Source: an uncultured delta proteobacterium
GTDB taxonomy: Bacteria; Desulfobacterota; Syntrophia; Syntrophales; Smithellaceae
DNA length: 64,000 nucleotides
Direction of reading: 5' to 3'
NCBI GenBank assembly: GCA_963753975.1
Contig: CAVWEH010000004.1
Location: forward strand, 32,001-96,000
Shown here: positions 42,653 to 53,239 of the stretch, in pieces
Layout: every line of letters begins with the position of its first letter
How positions within the stretch are numbered: the first letter of the stretch is position 1
Program-made: the position numbers and the translations under genes
Notes under the pieces: model-generated
What the model was told of the DNA's origin: nothing
Database searches by the model: none
The model's input: the letters and a program-made list of their open reading frames with translations, nothing else

Positions 42653-44281
42653 CTAAATCAAAGCGCTATCTTTGTTGGCTTCGGCATTCAGAGCAACATT
42701 TTCGCGGACCACATCACGGGCGGCTTTGTCCTCGCGCAGCCGTAAAAAGACCGGTTGTCTCATAATGCCCTCTGCTGTCCAGCCGTGGAAAATAACTTCG
42801 CAGACCAGCTCCGGCTTTACCCACGTGACCGGCGTATTGGTTTGCGGCTCTACTTTAAAAGGACACATCTTCCGGATCAGAGGATTCAATTTTTCGCGAA
42901 CTTCTTTGAGCGTCTTGGCACTGAAACCGCCTCCGATATGGCCAATGAAAATCAACTCATTCCTTTTAAATACGCCTAATACGAGAGCGCCGAAATCTTT
43001 TCTCCCTCCCTTCGGCTCCGTGAATCCGGCAATCACGCCCTCCTGCGTGAGATGCGTTTTTACCTTCAGCCACTCTTTGCTCCTTTTTCCCATCCGGTAA
43101 GCACTCTGAGATCGTTTGGCGATGACCCCCTCGAGCCCTTTTTCTTTGACAACTTTAAAAAACAGGACGCCATCTCTTACCACGTGATCACTGAATTTGA
43201 TTTTATGGGAAACGGGGAGAATTTTTTTCAGGAGCTCTTTTCTCTTGAGCAGCGGAAGACCCGTCAGATCATGTCCTTGGAGATAGAGGAGATCAAAGAC
43301 ATAATAGAGCAAATGGCCTTTTTTGGATTTATGATAATCCTGCAGCATCTGAAAATCGGGTTCGCCCTTCTCATCCACGACAACGATTTCACCATCCAGA
43401 ACGGCCTCAAATTGAAATCCGCTTAGCGACTCAAAGATGGGGGAGAACCTCTGCCCAAGCGAAACGCTGTTCCGCGAATAAAGCGAGACTTTCCCCTCCC
43501 GAATCTCGGCGATGGCCCTGTACCCATCCCATTTCATCTCAAAAATCCAGTCCGGATCATCAAAGGGCTCTTTGATCTGGGTTGCGAGCATAGGTTTTAT
43601 ACCGTGTGGCATCGATTTAGCCGGTGCATCCTTCAGGTCTTCGCCTTCCATTCCTTCCCGTAAATGGATTTGGTCTAGTTTCTTTCGCCGGGAAGGGTGC
43701 TGCGGATCGTTCTTGGCAACATCCTCGATGGTCTCATGGGAGACGACAGAGCGATTCTTCTTCAGAATATCAATTGTTGTCGCATAGCGATCTTTTTTCT
43801 TGAGCAGCAACCAAGACTTCTCGTCCTTTCTGGTTTTAACCAGCGCGAATTCGCCTTGAAGCTTTTCTCCATGAAGCACAAACGTCATATGTCCTTTTCT
43901 TAATCCTTCCAGAAAAAGTTTTTCGCTTTCTTTTCCATTCGGGTCGGAAGGATGATGATAAACCCCCCGGTCCCAGATGATGACGCTTCCGGCGCCGTAA
44001 TTGCCCTCCGGGATAACACCCTCAAAATCTTTGTAATCAAAAGGATGGTCTTCGACCATGACGGCGAGCCGCTTTTGCGAAGGATCAAGGGATGGACCCT
44101 TAGGTACCGCCCAGCTCTTCAGCACTCCTTCCAACTCCAGCCGGAGATCATAATGAAGGGCCCGGGCCGCATGTCTTTGGATAACAAAAACTAGATGACG
44201 CTTCTTGCCGCGGCGAAGAGACGCCTTTGGCTCCGGCGTTTTCTCAAATTTACGTTTGGATTGGTAATCTTTTAATCCCAT
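42653..44281 (-). CDS. ligD: NHEJ LigD: 3'-phosphoesterase + ATP-dependent ligase + OB domains
   Basis: FVIQRH..HYDLRLE, SWAVPKGPSLDP; ligase motifs EMKWDGYR, LDGEIV, EGVIAK, WLKVK. Confidence 0.95.
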   Translation of the reverse strand: MGLKDYQSKRKFEKTPEPKASLRRGKKRHLVFVIQRHAARALHYDLRLELEGVLKSWAVPKGPSLDPSQKRLAVMVEDHPFDYKDFEGVIPEGNYGAGSVIIWDRGVYHHPSDPNGKESEKLFLEGLRKGHMTFVLHGEKLQGEFALVKTRKDEKSWLLLKKKDRYATTIDILKKNRSVVSHETIEDVAKNDPQHPSRRKKLDQIHLREGMEGEDLKDAPAKSMPHGIKPMLATQIKEPFDDPDWIFEMKWDGYRAIAEIREGKVSLYSRNSVSLGQRFSPIFESLSGFQFEAVLDGEIVVVDEKGEPDFQMLQDYHKSKKGHLLYYVFDLLYLQGHDLTGLPLLKRKELLKKILPVSHKIKFSDHVVRDGVLFFKVVKEKGLEGVIAKRSQSAYRMGKRSKEWLKVKTHLTQEGVIAGFTEPKGGRKDFGALVLGVFKRNELIFIGHIGGGFSAKTLKEVREKLNPLIRKMCPFKVEPQTNTPVTWVKPELVCEVIFHGWTAEGIMRQPVFLRLREDKAARDVVRENVALNAEANKDSALI

Positions 44282-44282
44282 A

Positions 44283-45190
44283 TTACAGATAAGGCAGCTG
44301 CTGCTTTTTGACGATCACTTCTCGAAACAGGTCACCGGTTTTTTCGAGTTTCTCTACTGCTTCTGACTGTAGAACCTGTAATTTTTCCGGATTGCGCTGT
44401 GTACTTAAATTCTCCAGTTCCTTCCAGGCAAGGGGAAACGAAACAATCGGTTTTTCTCTGGCCCGTAAAGAATAAACACAAATCGTCGTCTTGGAGTGAT
44501 CGTTTTGAGACCAGTTAATGAAAACTTTTTTCTTCCGCTGCTCCTTAGCCATTTTTGCCGTCACCAGATCCGGATAGTTGCGCTGTAAGACTTCGGCCAC
44601 GGATTTGGAAAATTTTTTGGTGTCGTCAAATGTCGTCTCTTTGCGGTTTAAAGGAACATACACGTGGAGTCCCTTCATGCCCGATGTTTTTACAAAACTT
44701 ACGAGCTGCAATCCCGAAAGCAGATCCCGCAGGATTAGTGCGACGCGCGCGCAATCAAGAATATCGGCCCCGTCGCCTGGATCAAGATCGAAGACTACAG
44801 AAGTCGGGAGTCTCCGGGGAATCGAGCCCGGGCCAGAGGCACATGCAGTTCGAGAGAGGCCAGGTTCTGCACCCAGATCAGCGTATTGAGATCATTGACG
44901 AGGCAGACCGTCATCGGTTCTCCGTCATGTTGGGGAATCTCGGCTGTTGCTACCCAGGACGGACGATGAGAAGGGCAACGCTTCTCGAAAAAGAATTCTT
45001 TTTCCACGCCGTCGGGGTAGCGTTTTAAAGTCAGCGCCCGGCCTTCCAGATGGGGCAGGATAAACTGGGAAATCCGGCGATAGTATTCCAGGACGTGGGC
45101 CTTCGTAAAACCGTAGGATGGATAGAGATCCTTCTCCAGATTCGACAGAGAAAGTTTTCTGCCGGCAATCTCTGCAACTTTCCTGTTCAC
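44283..45190 (-). CDS. Stand-alone LigD polymerase (primase-like) domain; two apparent +1 frameshifts near 44.80-44.83 kb
   Basis: LSNLEKDLYP, KRYPDG, FFEKRCP, LELH, FDLDPG, KTSG.KGLHVYVPL, YSLRAR; GTG start overlaps the ku stop; 908 nt minus 2 gives 302 codons. Confidence 0.88.
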
Positions 45191-45974
45191 CGGTTCTTTT
45201 TCACCTTGCGCATGCTCTCCTCCAGCACGGCAACCAGATCGACCGGAGCTTCTCCCTCCTTCTTCTTCGACTTGAGGAGCTTCCACCGGAGCCTGTTTTT
45301 TCGTTTTCTTCTGGAGAAGCGCCATGATCTTTTTCCGGCGTTCATTCGCCTGCTTATCCGGATTGAAGTCAGTGGTCATTTCTTTGATGATTTTCTTCAG
45401 GCGGATTATTTCTGTGGATTCGATCTCTCTTGCTTCCGGCACGATTTCCTCATCGGGAAGAATCTCTTCGCTGTAATGAAGTGTAATCGAGCGACAGAGC
45501 CCCTTGAGTGCTTTTGATGGCGACCAGATATTCCCGTTCTCCCAATACGAATTTTGCCAGCCCCGCTTTATTTGTCCGGCGCATTACTTCGACCAGGAGC
45601 TGATAGGCTTTTTCACCCCCTTTCGAAGGAATAAGATAATAGGGGTGATCGTAATAGATCGAATCCACATCCTTCATGTCGATGAACTCGATAATCTCGA
45701 TTGTGCGGCTGCGTTCGGGCGAAACGGATTCCAGTTCTTCATCCGTTATCAGGATGTATTTGTCAGGTCCGATTTCATATCCCCTGACAATCTCATCGGG
45801 AGCAACTATCTTTTCTTCTCGCGGGCAATACATTCTTCTTAAGAGGGGAGAATAATCTTTGTTGTGGAGCAGGTGAAAAGAGACACGGCCGGGCTCGACA
45901 GCCCTGACCAACTGTACGGGAATCGCCACCAGGCTGAAACTGATCGTCCCTCTCCATATGCCCTGCACGGCCAT
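45187..45974 (-). CDS. ku: Ku protein, second copy; two apparent +1 frameshifts
   Basis: IWRGTISFSLVAIPV, IVRGYE, YYDHPYYL, DLVAVLEESM; AGGAGG RBS; 788 nt minus 2 gives 262 codons. Confidence 0.88.
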
Positions 45975-46032
45975 TTTATTCCTCCTGTTGAAGACAAAAT
46001 CAATGACAGATAAACATGTCACGGCCTTCTAT

Positions 46033-46803
46033 CTAGGCAACCTTCTTCAAACTCGCTTCCAGAGTTTGCAGCAACTTATCTGACTTTGTGGGTTTCAACC
46101 GCCGGGGACGCAGGATCATAATTTTTTCTCCCCGGGCTTTTTTATCGATTAAATTTTGCAGTTTTTTCTGATGTTCATTTTCGAATTTCTGCGGCTGAAA
46201 AGAGGCTGTCAACCGGTTGATCAAATCACTCCCTATTTGCAGTTCTTTTTCCGATAAAGGAACGTTCTGTAGTTCAAGAGCCGCGACCGGAATCACTTCA
46301 TCGGCATAACGCAAAGTATTCAGCCGGAGAATATTCCCGCTCATCTGCAAGGAGCCGATATATGACCGTTTTCTCATGGTCCAGATGCATATTCCTTCCA
46401 CATCCATTTCGCTTAAGGCTGCAGCAAGCACAAGATATCCTTTGGACTGAATGTCCGGCTCCAGATAGTAGCCTCGAGAAATAAATACAGGGTCGATTTG
46501 TGCTGTTTTCACGAACTCGCGGACCTCAATTACACGGCTGTCTTGGGGATCTGTTTGTTCCAAATCTTCCGGATCCACGAGGATATATCTCCCATCCTCC
46601 AGCTTGAATCCTCTGATCTGTTCATCCGCAGGCACAGGCACTTTTTCATAGGCACAGATCATCTGTTGTTTCAATTTGACATGATCACGGCTGTGAAGAA
46701 GATGAAACTGAATACGTTCTTCTTTAACCGCTGTATGCAGTTTCACCGGAACATCGACACCTCCAAAATGGATACATCCTTTCCAGATTGCTTTTCCGGC
46801 CAT
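46033..46803 (-). CDS. ku: Ku protein, first copy
   Basis: AIWKG.I.FG.V.VPVKL, IDPVF..YYLEP, LRYADEV, LEASL motifs. Confidence 0.93.
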   Translation of the reverse strand: MAGKAIWKGCIHFGGVDVPVKLHTAVKEERIQFHLLHSRDHVKLKQQMICAYEKVPVPADEQIRGFKLEDGRYILVDPEDLEQTDPQDSRVIEVREFVKTAQIDPVFISRGYYLEPDIQSKGYLVLAAALSEMDVEGICIWTMRKRSYIGSLQMSGNILRLNTLRYADEVIPVAALELQNVPLSEKELQIGSDLINRLTASFQPQKFENEHQKKLQNLIDKKARGEKIMILRPRRLKPTKSDKLLQTLEASLKKVA

Positions 46804-46972
46804 TTAAAAACCTTTATCGTATTTTTCAGACCACAAACTTATTTTGTAAAAATAATATGTACGAAATATCATACTGTCAAATATTTATTTTTTAAGAATA
46901 TCTACAAACCCGTCCGGCAAAGCTGATGGCTTCGGGGAAGACTGTTTGTTTTAAAGAATTGTATCTACTGAA

Positions 46973-48721
46973 TCAGTATACTTTCACTACGGGGAAAAAT
47001 AAAGAAACTTTAGTGCCGCGGCCCAACTGACTTTCGATCTCCATTCTGCCGCCATGAGCAATCATCAAATGTTTCACTATCGACAATCCCAGACCTGTTC
47101 CGCCTAAATCCCGGGAACGGGTCTTATCCACGCGGTAGAAGCGCTCTCCCAAACGCTGTAGTTCATCCCGCGGAACACCAATCCCCGTATCAATTATCGA
47201 TACCACGGCATAAGCATCAGTTTCATCTGCTGCAATGATGACCTTGCCCGACTCCGGCGTGAATTTGACGGCGTTATCTAAAATATTGACAAATATTTGC
47301 GCAAGTTTGTCCTTGTCCGCCCTTATTGGCGCAAGATTTTCGCGTACATTGTTATAAATAGTTATCTTTTTTAACTTCGCTTTCGCCTCCACCAATGAAA
47401 TTACATTGGTCACAGCATTACTAAAAAAAACGTTTTCAAAGTTAAACCTTATTTCATTTAACTCAATTTGTGATATCATCAGCAAATCTTCGACGAGACG
47501 ATTAAGCCTTTCGGCTTGTTTTAAAATTATATCAATAAATTTTTTCGTTTCCTCGATATTATTTATCGCACCGGCTTTGATTGTTTCCAGATATCCGATA
47601 ATTGCCGTAAGCGGTGTCCTGATCTCGTGAGTAACATTGGCCACAAAATCTATTCGAATCTTTTCGAGTTTTTTCAGCCGCGTTACATCGTGAAAGACAA
47701 TCATCGTTTTTTCTTCTTCCGGATAACCCTGAACGGCAGAGATGCTTACGTTTAAAATAACCGGCTCTATATTACCCATGATAATTTCACTCGATACATT
47801 TCTGCGCGTTTCCTTAAATTTCAAAAAGGCTTTTTGTAAATCAACGCTGCGAAAAGCTTCCATCAGCGTTTTACCGTTTATATCTCCGTATTGCTCAGGC
47901 AATATATTACTCAGCGCCTGATTGACAAATTCTATTTTATCTTCCGTATTGAGAATCAAAACGCCTTCGGTCATGCTGGTAAACGCCGTCATCAATTTGC
48001 TTTTTTCTTCATTGGCCAGCTTGATTTTACTTTTGAGTTCATCGACAAGATAATTGATATTATCCGCCAGTTTTTTCGTTTCGTCCGATGTCTTTAAAAT
48101 AATTGTTCCCGCCGGATGCCCCTGACGCAGTCTTTCGGTAAATCTTTCCATGGCCCGAATCGGTACCGCCAAACGGTAAGAAAAAATCAGTGCAATGACA
48201 AGTGCGATAACCGCAACAATCATCATTGCCAGAAAAATAGATTGGTAGACTTTTTCAATCATACTCTGCACATCATCAAGAGGTCGCGCCAACCGCACAT
48301 AACCTTTGATTTCTGACTCCTCTTTGATGGTAACGGCTACATAGAGCATGTCAATGCCGATAGATTTACTGAAGCGGATGGACTTGCCTTTGCCCAAAAG
48401 TCTCGCTTCCTGCACTTCCGGCCGGTTTAAATGATTTTCCAGCAGGGCAGCTTCTTTTCCCGAATCGGCCAAGACCTTCCCGCGCGCATCAATAAGGGTA
48501 ACTCTGGAGTTCGATATTTTTGCAATTTGTTCCAGCTGATCTGAAATTTTCTTGGGAGAACTCAGGTCAATAAGCTGAGCATAGGACAACAATTCCGCTT
48601 CAATTTTACCGGTCAGAACCTTTTTTATTTCATCCCGCACAAATAGATGTAAAATAAAAAAAGATAAGCAGATAATGACGAGATAGCTAAAAAATGTCTT
48701 ATAAAAAAGATTGCGTTTCAC
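46973..48721 (-). CDS. phoR: Phosphate sensor histidine kinase
   Basis: HAMP/PAS domains, DFVANVTHEIRTPLT, ERFYRVDK.RSR..GGTGLGLSIVKH; within the pst locus. Confidence 0.92.
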   Translation of the reverse strand: MKRNLFYKTFFSYLVIICLSFFILHLFVRDEIKKVLTGKIEAELLSYAQLIDLSSPKKISDQLEQIAKISNSRVTLIDARGKVLADSGKEAALLENHLNRPEVQEARLLGKGKSIRFSKSIGIDMLYVAVTIKEESEIKGYVRLARPLDDVQSMIEKVYQSIFLAMMIVAVIALVIALIFSYRLAVPIRAMERFTERLRQGHPAGTIILKTSDETKKLADNINYLVDELKSKIKLANEEKSKLMTAFTSMTEGVLILNTEDKIEFVNQALSNILPEQYGDINGKTLMEAFRSVDLQKAFLKFKETRRNVSSEIIMGNIEPVILNVSISAVQGYPEEEKTMIVFHDVTRLKKLEKIRIDFVANVTHEIRTPLTAIIGYLETIKAGAINNIEETKKFIDIILKQAERLNRLVEDLLMISQIELNEIRFNFENVFFSNAVTNVISLVEAKAKLKKITIYNNVRENLAPIRADKDKLAQIFVNILDNAVKFTPESGKVIIAADETDAYAVVSIIDTGIGVPRDELQRLGERFYRVDKTRSRDLGGTGLGLSIVKHLMIAHGGRMEIESQLGRGTKVSLFFPVVKVY

Positions 48722-48723
48722 GC

Positions 48724-49419
48724 CTACTCCTTTTTTTCATCCAAGTTACAGGTTAGATGCCGCACGCATTCACCGGTTACCATATAAGTAACCATATCCG
48801 CAATACCTTTGGCATGATCGGCGATACGCTCCAGATTCTTTGACACTTGCATGATCATAAGAGCTCTGTGGATTGTCTTGGAATCCTCCATCATAAAGGT
48901 CAGAAGCTCACGGAAAATCTGTTCATTGAGATCGTCGGTAATCTGTTCCGTCCGCCGGACTTCTTCGGCCATATTCAAATCATTTCTGATAAAACTATCC
49001 AGAGATTTTTTAATCATCTCTCCAACAAGGTCAGCCATGCGGGGCAAGTCAATATAGGGCTTAAGCTGAGGCTCTTCGATCAACTGGATCGCCTTTTCGG
49101 CAATGTTAACGGCCATATCGCCGATTCTTTCCAAATGCCCGGTGATTTTGATCGCCGTCGTAATGAATCTTAAATCTATAGCCGTGGGCTGACGCAGAGC
49201 TAGAATCCGGATGCACCTTTCCTCCAATGCGGCATCCTTTTTATCAATTTCATCATCATCTTTAATAACCCTATGAGCGAGATCAGAGTTTCTTTCGGTT
49301 AAAGATTGCATCGCCAGCTGAATTGATTTTTCGGTCAGCACGCCAAGATAAATGAGGTCATTTTTTATTTCCTGCAACTCCATTTCATAGTGCAAGCTAG
49401 TGTGCTTTCTTTCTTCCAT
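48724..49419 (-). CDS. phoU: Phosphate signalling protein PhoU
   Basis: QPTAIDLR, LERIGD, LERIADH motifs. Confidence 0.96.
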   Translation of the reverse strand: MEERKHTSLHYEMELQEIKNDLIYLGVLTEKSIQLAMQSLTERNSDLAHRVIKDDDEIDKKDAALEERCIRILALRQPTAIDLRFITTAIKITGHLERIGDMAVNIAEKAIQLIEEPQLKPYIDLPRMADLVGEMIKKSLDSFIRNDLNMAEEVRRTEQITDDLNEQIFRELLTFMMEDSKTIHRALMIMQVSKNLERIADHAKGIADMVTYMVTGECVRHLTCNLDEKKE

Positions 49420-49440
49420 AACTGTTCCTCCTATCGAATA

Positions 49441-50207
49441 TCAACCGAACCTACCGGTGATATAGTCTTCAGTGAGTTTTACCGACGGTGCGGTAAATAT
49501 CTTTTCCGTTCTGTCAAATTCGACCAATTCCCCCAGCATCAAAAAACCGGTCCAGTCGGACATCCTGGCCGCTTGCTGCATATTATGGGTGACGATAATG
49601 ATTGTAATCTCTTTTTTCAGGGTCTCCAACAGTTCTTCGATCTTGGCGGTGGACAGCGGATCGAGGGCAGATGTCGGCTCGTCAAAGAGCAGGATATCGG
49701 GATTGACGGCCAGAGCCCTGGCAATAACGAGTCGCTGTTGCTGCCCGCCGGACAAGTTCATAGGCGCTGGCATGGAGCTTGTCCTTAACCTCCGCCCATA
49801 AATTCGCATGCCGAAGGGCCTTTTCCGCCCGTTCGGAGCGATCGGCCATCTTTTTAATGCCCTTGCAGCTTAAGTCCATAGGCGATATTGTCAAAGATGC
49901 TCATGGGGAAGGGGGTCGGCTTTTGAAAAACCATGCCGATGCGGCTTCGCAGATTAATGATATCAATCGGATTCTTGAGGATGTTCTCCTTCCTCAAGAG
50001 TATTTCCCCTTCGTATCGGTGTTTCGGATAGAGGTCATGCATCCTGTTAAAACAACGCAAGAGGGTCGTCTTGCCGCACCCCGAAGGACCAATTAAAGCG
50101 GTTACCGTATTCTTATACACCGGCAGATTAATGTTCTTCAGGACATGGATGTCTCCAGAGTAATAAAAGTTCAGGTCTTTGGCCTCTATCTCGATCGTTT
50201 CAGACAC
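49441..50207 (-). CDS. pstB: Phosphate ABC transporter ATPase; two apparent +1 frameshifts
   Basis: [43 protein letters not shown]; 767 nt minus 2 gives 255 codons. Confidence 0.93.
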
Positions 50208-51046
50208 TATTTGTATCTCCACTTGATGATGATTCTTCCCAGGATGGTAAGAAAAAGAATAAAAACCGTGATAACCAATGATGCGGCCCACGCCTGCGTA
50301 TGCCAGATGGCATAGGGACCCATTGCGTACTGAAAGATGGTGGCTGTCAAGGAAGACATGGAATGGTTCATATCTAAAGAGAAGAAAGAGTTATTGAACG
50401 ATGTGAACAGGAGCGGCGCCGTCTCTCCTGCTACCCTGGCAATGGAAAGCAGGATGCCGGTCAGGATGCCGGTGGCAGCTCCACGGTAAACCACCTGGAT
50501 GATCACCTTGTAATAGGGCGCTCCCAGGGCAAAGGCCGCCTCTCTCAGCTCCCAAGACACAAGGGCCAGCATATCTTCTGTGGTCCTGAGAACGACGGGG
50601 ATCATTATTATGGAGAGGGCGACAGCGCCGGCCCATCCACTGAAGTGGCCCAAGGGTTTTACCATGATCGCGTAGATGAATGTCCCGATGACAATTGAAG
50701 GCACGCTGACCATGATATCGGAGAGGATGCTTATTACCTTGGCGATTGTTGTGCCCCGTGCATACTCGGCCAGGAAAGTCCCCCCGAGCACACCGACAGG
50801 CACGCCAATCAAGGTGGCAAACAATGTTATCATCAACTGGCCGACAAAAGCGTTCCTCAGGCCTCCCCCGGAAACACCTACCGGTGCCGGATCGTTGACG
50901 AACAAAGAGAGATTCAGCGCTGCAATGCCGTGCACCAGTACATCTCCCAGGATAAAAACGAGCCAAAATAGTCCAAAAAAGGCAGAAATGGTGCTGAGAG
51001 ATAAGGCGATAAAACCTTCAAATTTTCTTATCTGTTCCCTCTTCAC
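50207..51046 (-). CDS. pstA: Phosphate ABC transporter permease
   Basis: [26 protein letters not shown] motifs. Confidence 0.95.
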   Translation of the reverse strand: MKREQIRKFEGFIALSLSTISAFFGLFWLVFILGDVLVHGIAALNLSLFVNDPAPVGVSGGGLRNAFVGQLMITLFATLIGVPVGVLGGTFLAEYARGTTIAKVISILSDIMVSVPSIVIGTFIYAIMVKPLGHFSGWAGAVALSIIMIPVVLRTTEDMLALVSWELREAAFALGAPYYKVIIQVVYRGAATGILTGILLSIARVAGETAPLLFTSFNNSFFSLDMNHSMSSLTATIFQYAMGPYAIWHTQAWAASLVITVFILFLTILGRIIIKWRYK

Positions 51047-51984
51047 CGGGAATACCTCCTCTCTGCCTTCAGGAGAAAGATTTTGGCGATGGCCAGGAAA
51101 ATGAAACTCATCATAAAAAGCACGAGAGCCAGATAGAAAAGCGAAGAGAGGTAAATATCTTTGTCTGCCTCGGTAAACTCATTGGCCAGCGTTACGGTTA
51201 TGGTCGCGGCGGTATCGAAGAAGGATGTGAATATTTTGTGGTTGTTGCCCAGGACAAATGCGACTGCCATGGTTTCGCCGATCGCCCGTCCCAGGGAAAA
51301 AAGGATGCCGCCGAAAACACCCAGCTTTGAATAGGGAATGACGACATTCTTCACAACCTCCCATTTGGTTGCCCCGAGGGCATACGCTGATTCCTTGACC
51401 ACTGCAGGAGTAAGATTAAAAGAGTCTCTCGCGATGCTCGCCGTAAAGGGTATGATCATGATGCTCAGTATGATGCTGGCGGTCAAAATATCTATGCCCA
51501 TCGGCGTGCCCTGGAAGAGAACGTTTATCAAAGGGATGCCGGCGGTGGCTTTTTGAAGAACGGGTTCAATGTAATTTCTCATGAGCGGAGAAAGGGTAAA
51601 TAATCCCCACATGCCGTATATGATGCTCGGAATCGCGGCTAACAGCTCAATAGCAATGCCAATCGGGCCTTTCAAAAAGTTCGGCGCTATTTCCGTTACA
51701 AAGATGGCAATGCCCAGGGCAACGGGTATGGCCATGAGCAGCGACAGAACCGTCGTTACAAAGGTTCCATAAATGGTTGTCAACGCGCCGAAGGTTCCCG
51801 TTACCGGGTTCCATGCCGTTGAGGTAAGAAATTGAACGATGCCGAACTTTTCTCTGGACAGGGAAGATTCTTTAATAAGAACAAAAAGAATGCCAATAAT
51901 AAAGAAGACAACCGTACAGGCGGCAATGGCGGTAATGAAAGAGAAGATGATATCTCCGGGATTTTTTTTAAGTGTTACGGCCAT
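51043..51984 (-). CDS. pstC: Phosphate ABC transporter permease
   Basis: ELLAAIPSIIYGMWG, GRAIGETMAV motifs. Confidence 0.95.
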   Translation of the reverse strand: MAVTLKKNPGDIIFSFITAIAACTVVFFIIGILFVLIKESSLSREKFGIVQFLTSTAWNPVTGTFGALTTIYGTFVTTVLSLLMAIPVALGIAIFVTEIAPNFLKGPIGIAIELLAAIPSIIYGMWGLFTLSPLMRNYIEPVLQKATAGIPLINVLFQGTPMGIDILTASIILSIMIIPFTASIARDSFNLTPAVVKESAYALGATKWEVVKNVVIPYSKLGVFGGILFSLGRAIGETMAVAFVLGNNHKIFTSFFDTAATITVTLANEFTEADKDIYLSSLFYLALVLFMMSFIFLAIAKIFLLKAERRYSR

Positions 51985-52027
51985 TCACATTCTTTCCCTT
52001 AGTGGATTCATTCAAACATTAACAAAA

Positions 52028-52073
52028 GACAGCAAAGCAAATAATAGTATAGTGCATCATTTGCCTTGCTGTC
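52028..52073 (-). other. Stem-loop between pstS and pstC (likely differential mRNA stabiliser or partial terminator)
   Basis: gacagcaaagcaaat...atttgccttgctgtc inverted repeat just after the pstS stop. Confidence 0.6.
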
Positions 52074-52088
52074 AAATGCGTATCTTTT

Positions 52089-53111
52089 CTATTGCAGGCC
52101 GTTAGCCTTCCAGTAGGCCCTGATTTTATCCTTTAACGATTTCGGTAAGGGTACGTAGGTCAGTTCTTTAGCCTTATTGTCTCCGTTCTTAAAGCACCAG
52201 TCGTAGAATTTGACTACATTCTTATTGGCTTCCGGCTTCTCCTGCGCCAGGAGGATAAAGGTTGCACCGGCGATGGGCCAGGAATTCTTTCCGGGGGCAT
52301 TCACGAGCCAGAGGTAAAAATGATTTTTCGGATCAAATGTACCGGTGTCGGCCGCATCTTCAAATGCATCAAAGCTGGGTGTGACAAATTTGCCAGCGCC
52401 GTTTTTCAAAAGGGCGTAGGTCATCTTGTTCTGTACGGCATAGGCAAACTCGACATAACCGATGGAGTTTGGCGTCGATTGCGTATATTGCGCCACACCT
52501 TCATTTCCTTTCCCTCCGATGCCGACAGGCCACTGTACTGCCGTGCCTGCGCCGACTTTGCTTTTCCAATCGGGCGAAACGCCGCTTAGATATTCCGTAA
52601 ATACCGCCGTAGTCCCCGAACCATCCGATCTGTGGACAACCGTAATCTCATTATGGGCAAGCTTCACCTTGCGATTCAAGGACTTAATCTTTTTGTCATC
52701 CCAATACTTTATTTCTCCCAGGAATATCTTGGCCAGGGTGTCGGAATCAAACCTGATATCGCCCGCTTTCACCCCGGCAATGTTAACCACCGGCACCACG
52801 CCGCCGATAACAGCGGGAAACTGCAGCAACCTGTCCTTGGCCAGCTGTTCCGGTTTCAGGGGTGCATCAGAGGCGCCAAAGTCCACTGTCCTTTCCGTGA
52901 TCTGCCTGATGCCGCCGCCCGAACCGATGGACTGGTAATTGAGCTTCACGCCGGTCGCCTTGTTGTAATCAAAGGCCCAGGCCGAGTAAATAGGAAAAGG
53001 AAACGTGGCCCCTGCACCGTTAATCGTTTCCGCCGCCCATACCTGCGTAAATGACAGTACCAATGAAAACAAAATTAATCCGAAAACAAGTCTTTTGAAG
53101 TTTTTCAACAT
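52089..53111 (-). CDS. pstS: Phosphate-binding protein
   Basis: GAGATFP, YQSIGSGGG, DFGASDAPL, HRSDGSGTT, GKGNEGV motifs. Confidence 0.97.
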   Translation of the reverse strand: MLKNFKRLVFGLILFSLVLSFTQVWAAETINGAGATFPFPIYSAWAFDYNKATGVKLNYQSIGSGGGIRQITERTVDFGASDAPLKPEQLAKDRLLQFPAVIGGVVPVVNIAGVKAGDIRFDSDTLAKIFLGEIKYWDDKKIKSLNRKVKLAHNEITVVHRSDGSGTTAVFTEYLSGVSPDWKSKVGAGTAVQWPVGIGGKGNEGVAQYTQSTPNSIGYVEFAYAVQNKMTYALLKNGAGKFVTPSFDAFEDAADTGTFDPKNHFYLWLVNAPGKNSWPIAGATFILLAQEKPEANKNVVKFYDWCFKNGDNKAKELTYVPLPKSLKDKIRAYWKANGLQ

Positions 53112-53149
53112 GTTAATTCCCTCCTGATAATAAATTATTTTGGATTTCT

Positions 53150-53182
53150 GTATAGTAGAGTAATGTTACAATTTGATGACAG
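53150..53182 (-). promoter_or_regulatory. Pho box and -10 element of pstS
   Basis: Minus strand CTGTCATcaaaTTGTAAC (53182-53165) matches the PhoB 11-bp direct-repeat box; TACTAT follows downstream. Confidence 0.8.
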
Positions 53183-53239
53183 GATAATAAAAATGTGAAA
53201 ACAGTGACGGTTCAACAGTGAATTTAGTGCATTACGAAG

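Noticed and set aside
44795..45442. Apparent Ku-tail/LigD-polymerase fusion ORF (215 aa)
   Set aside because: Created by a +1 insertion near 45255; the corrected ku2 ends at 45187 and the polymerase starts at GTG 45190
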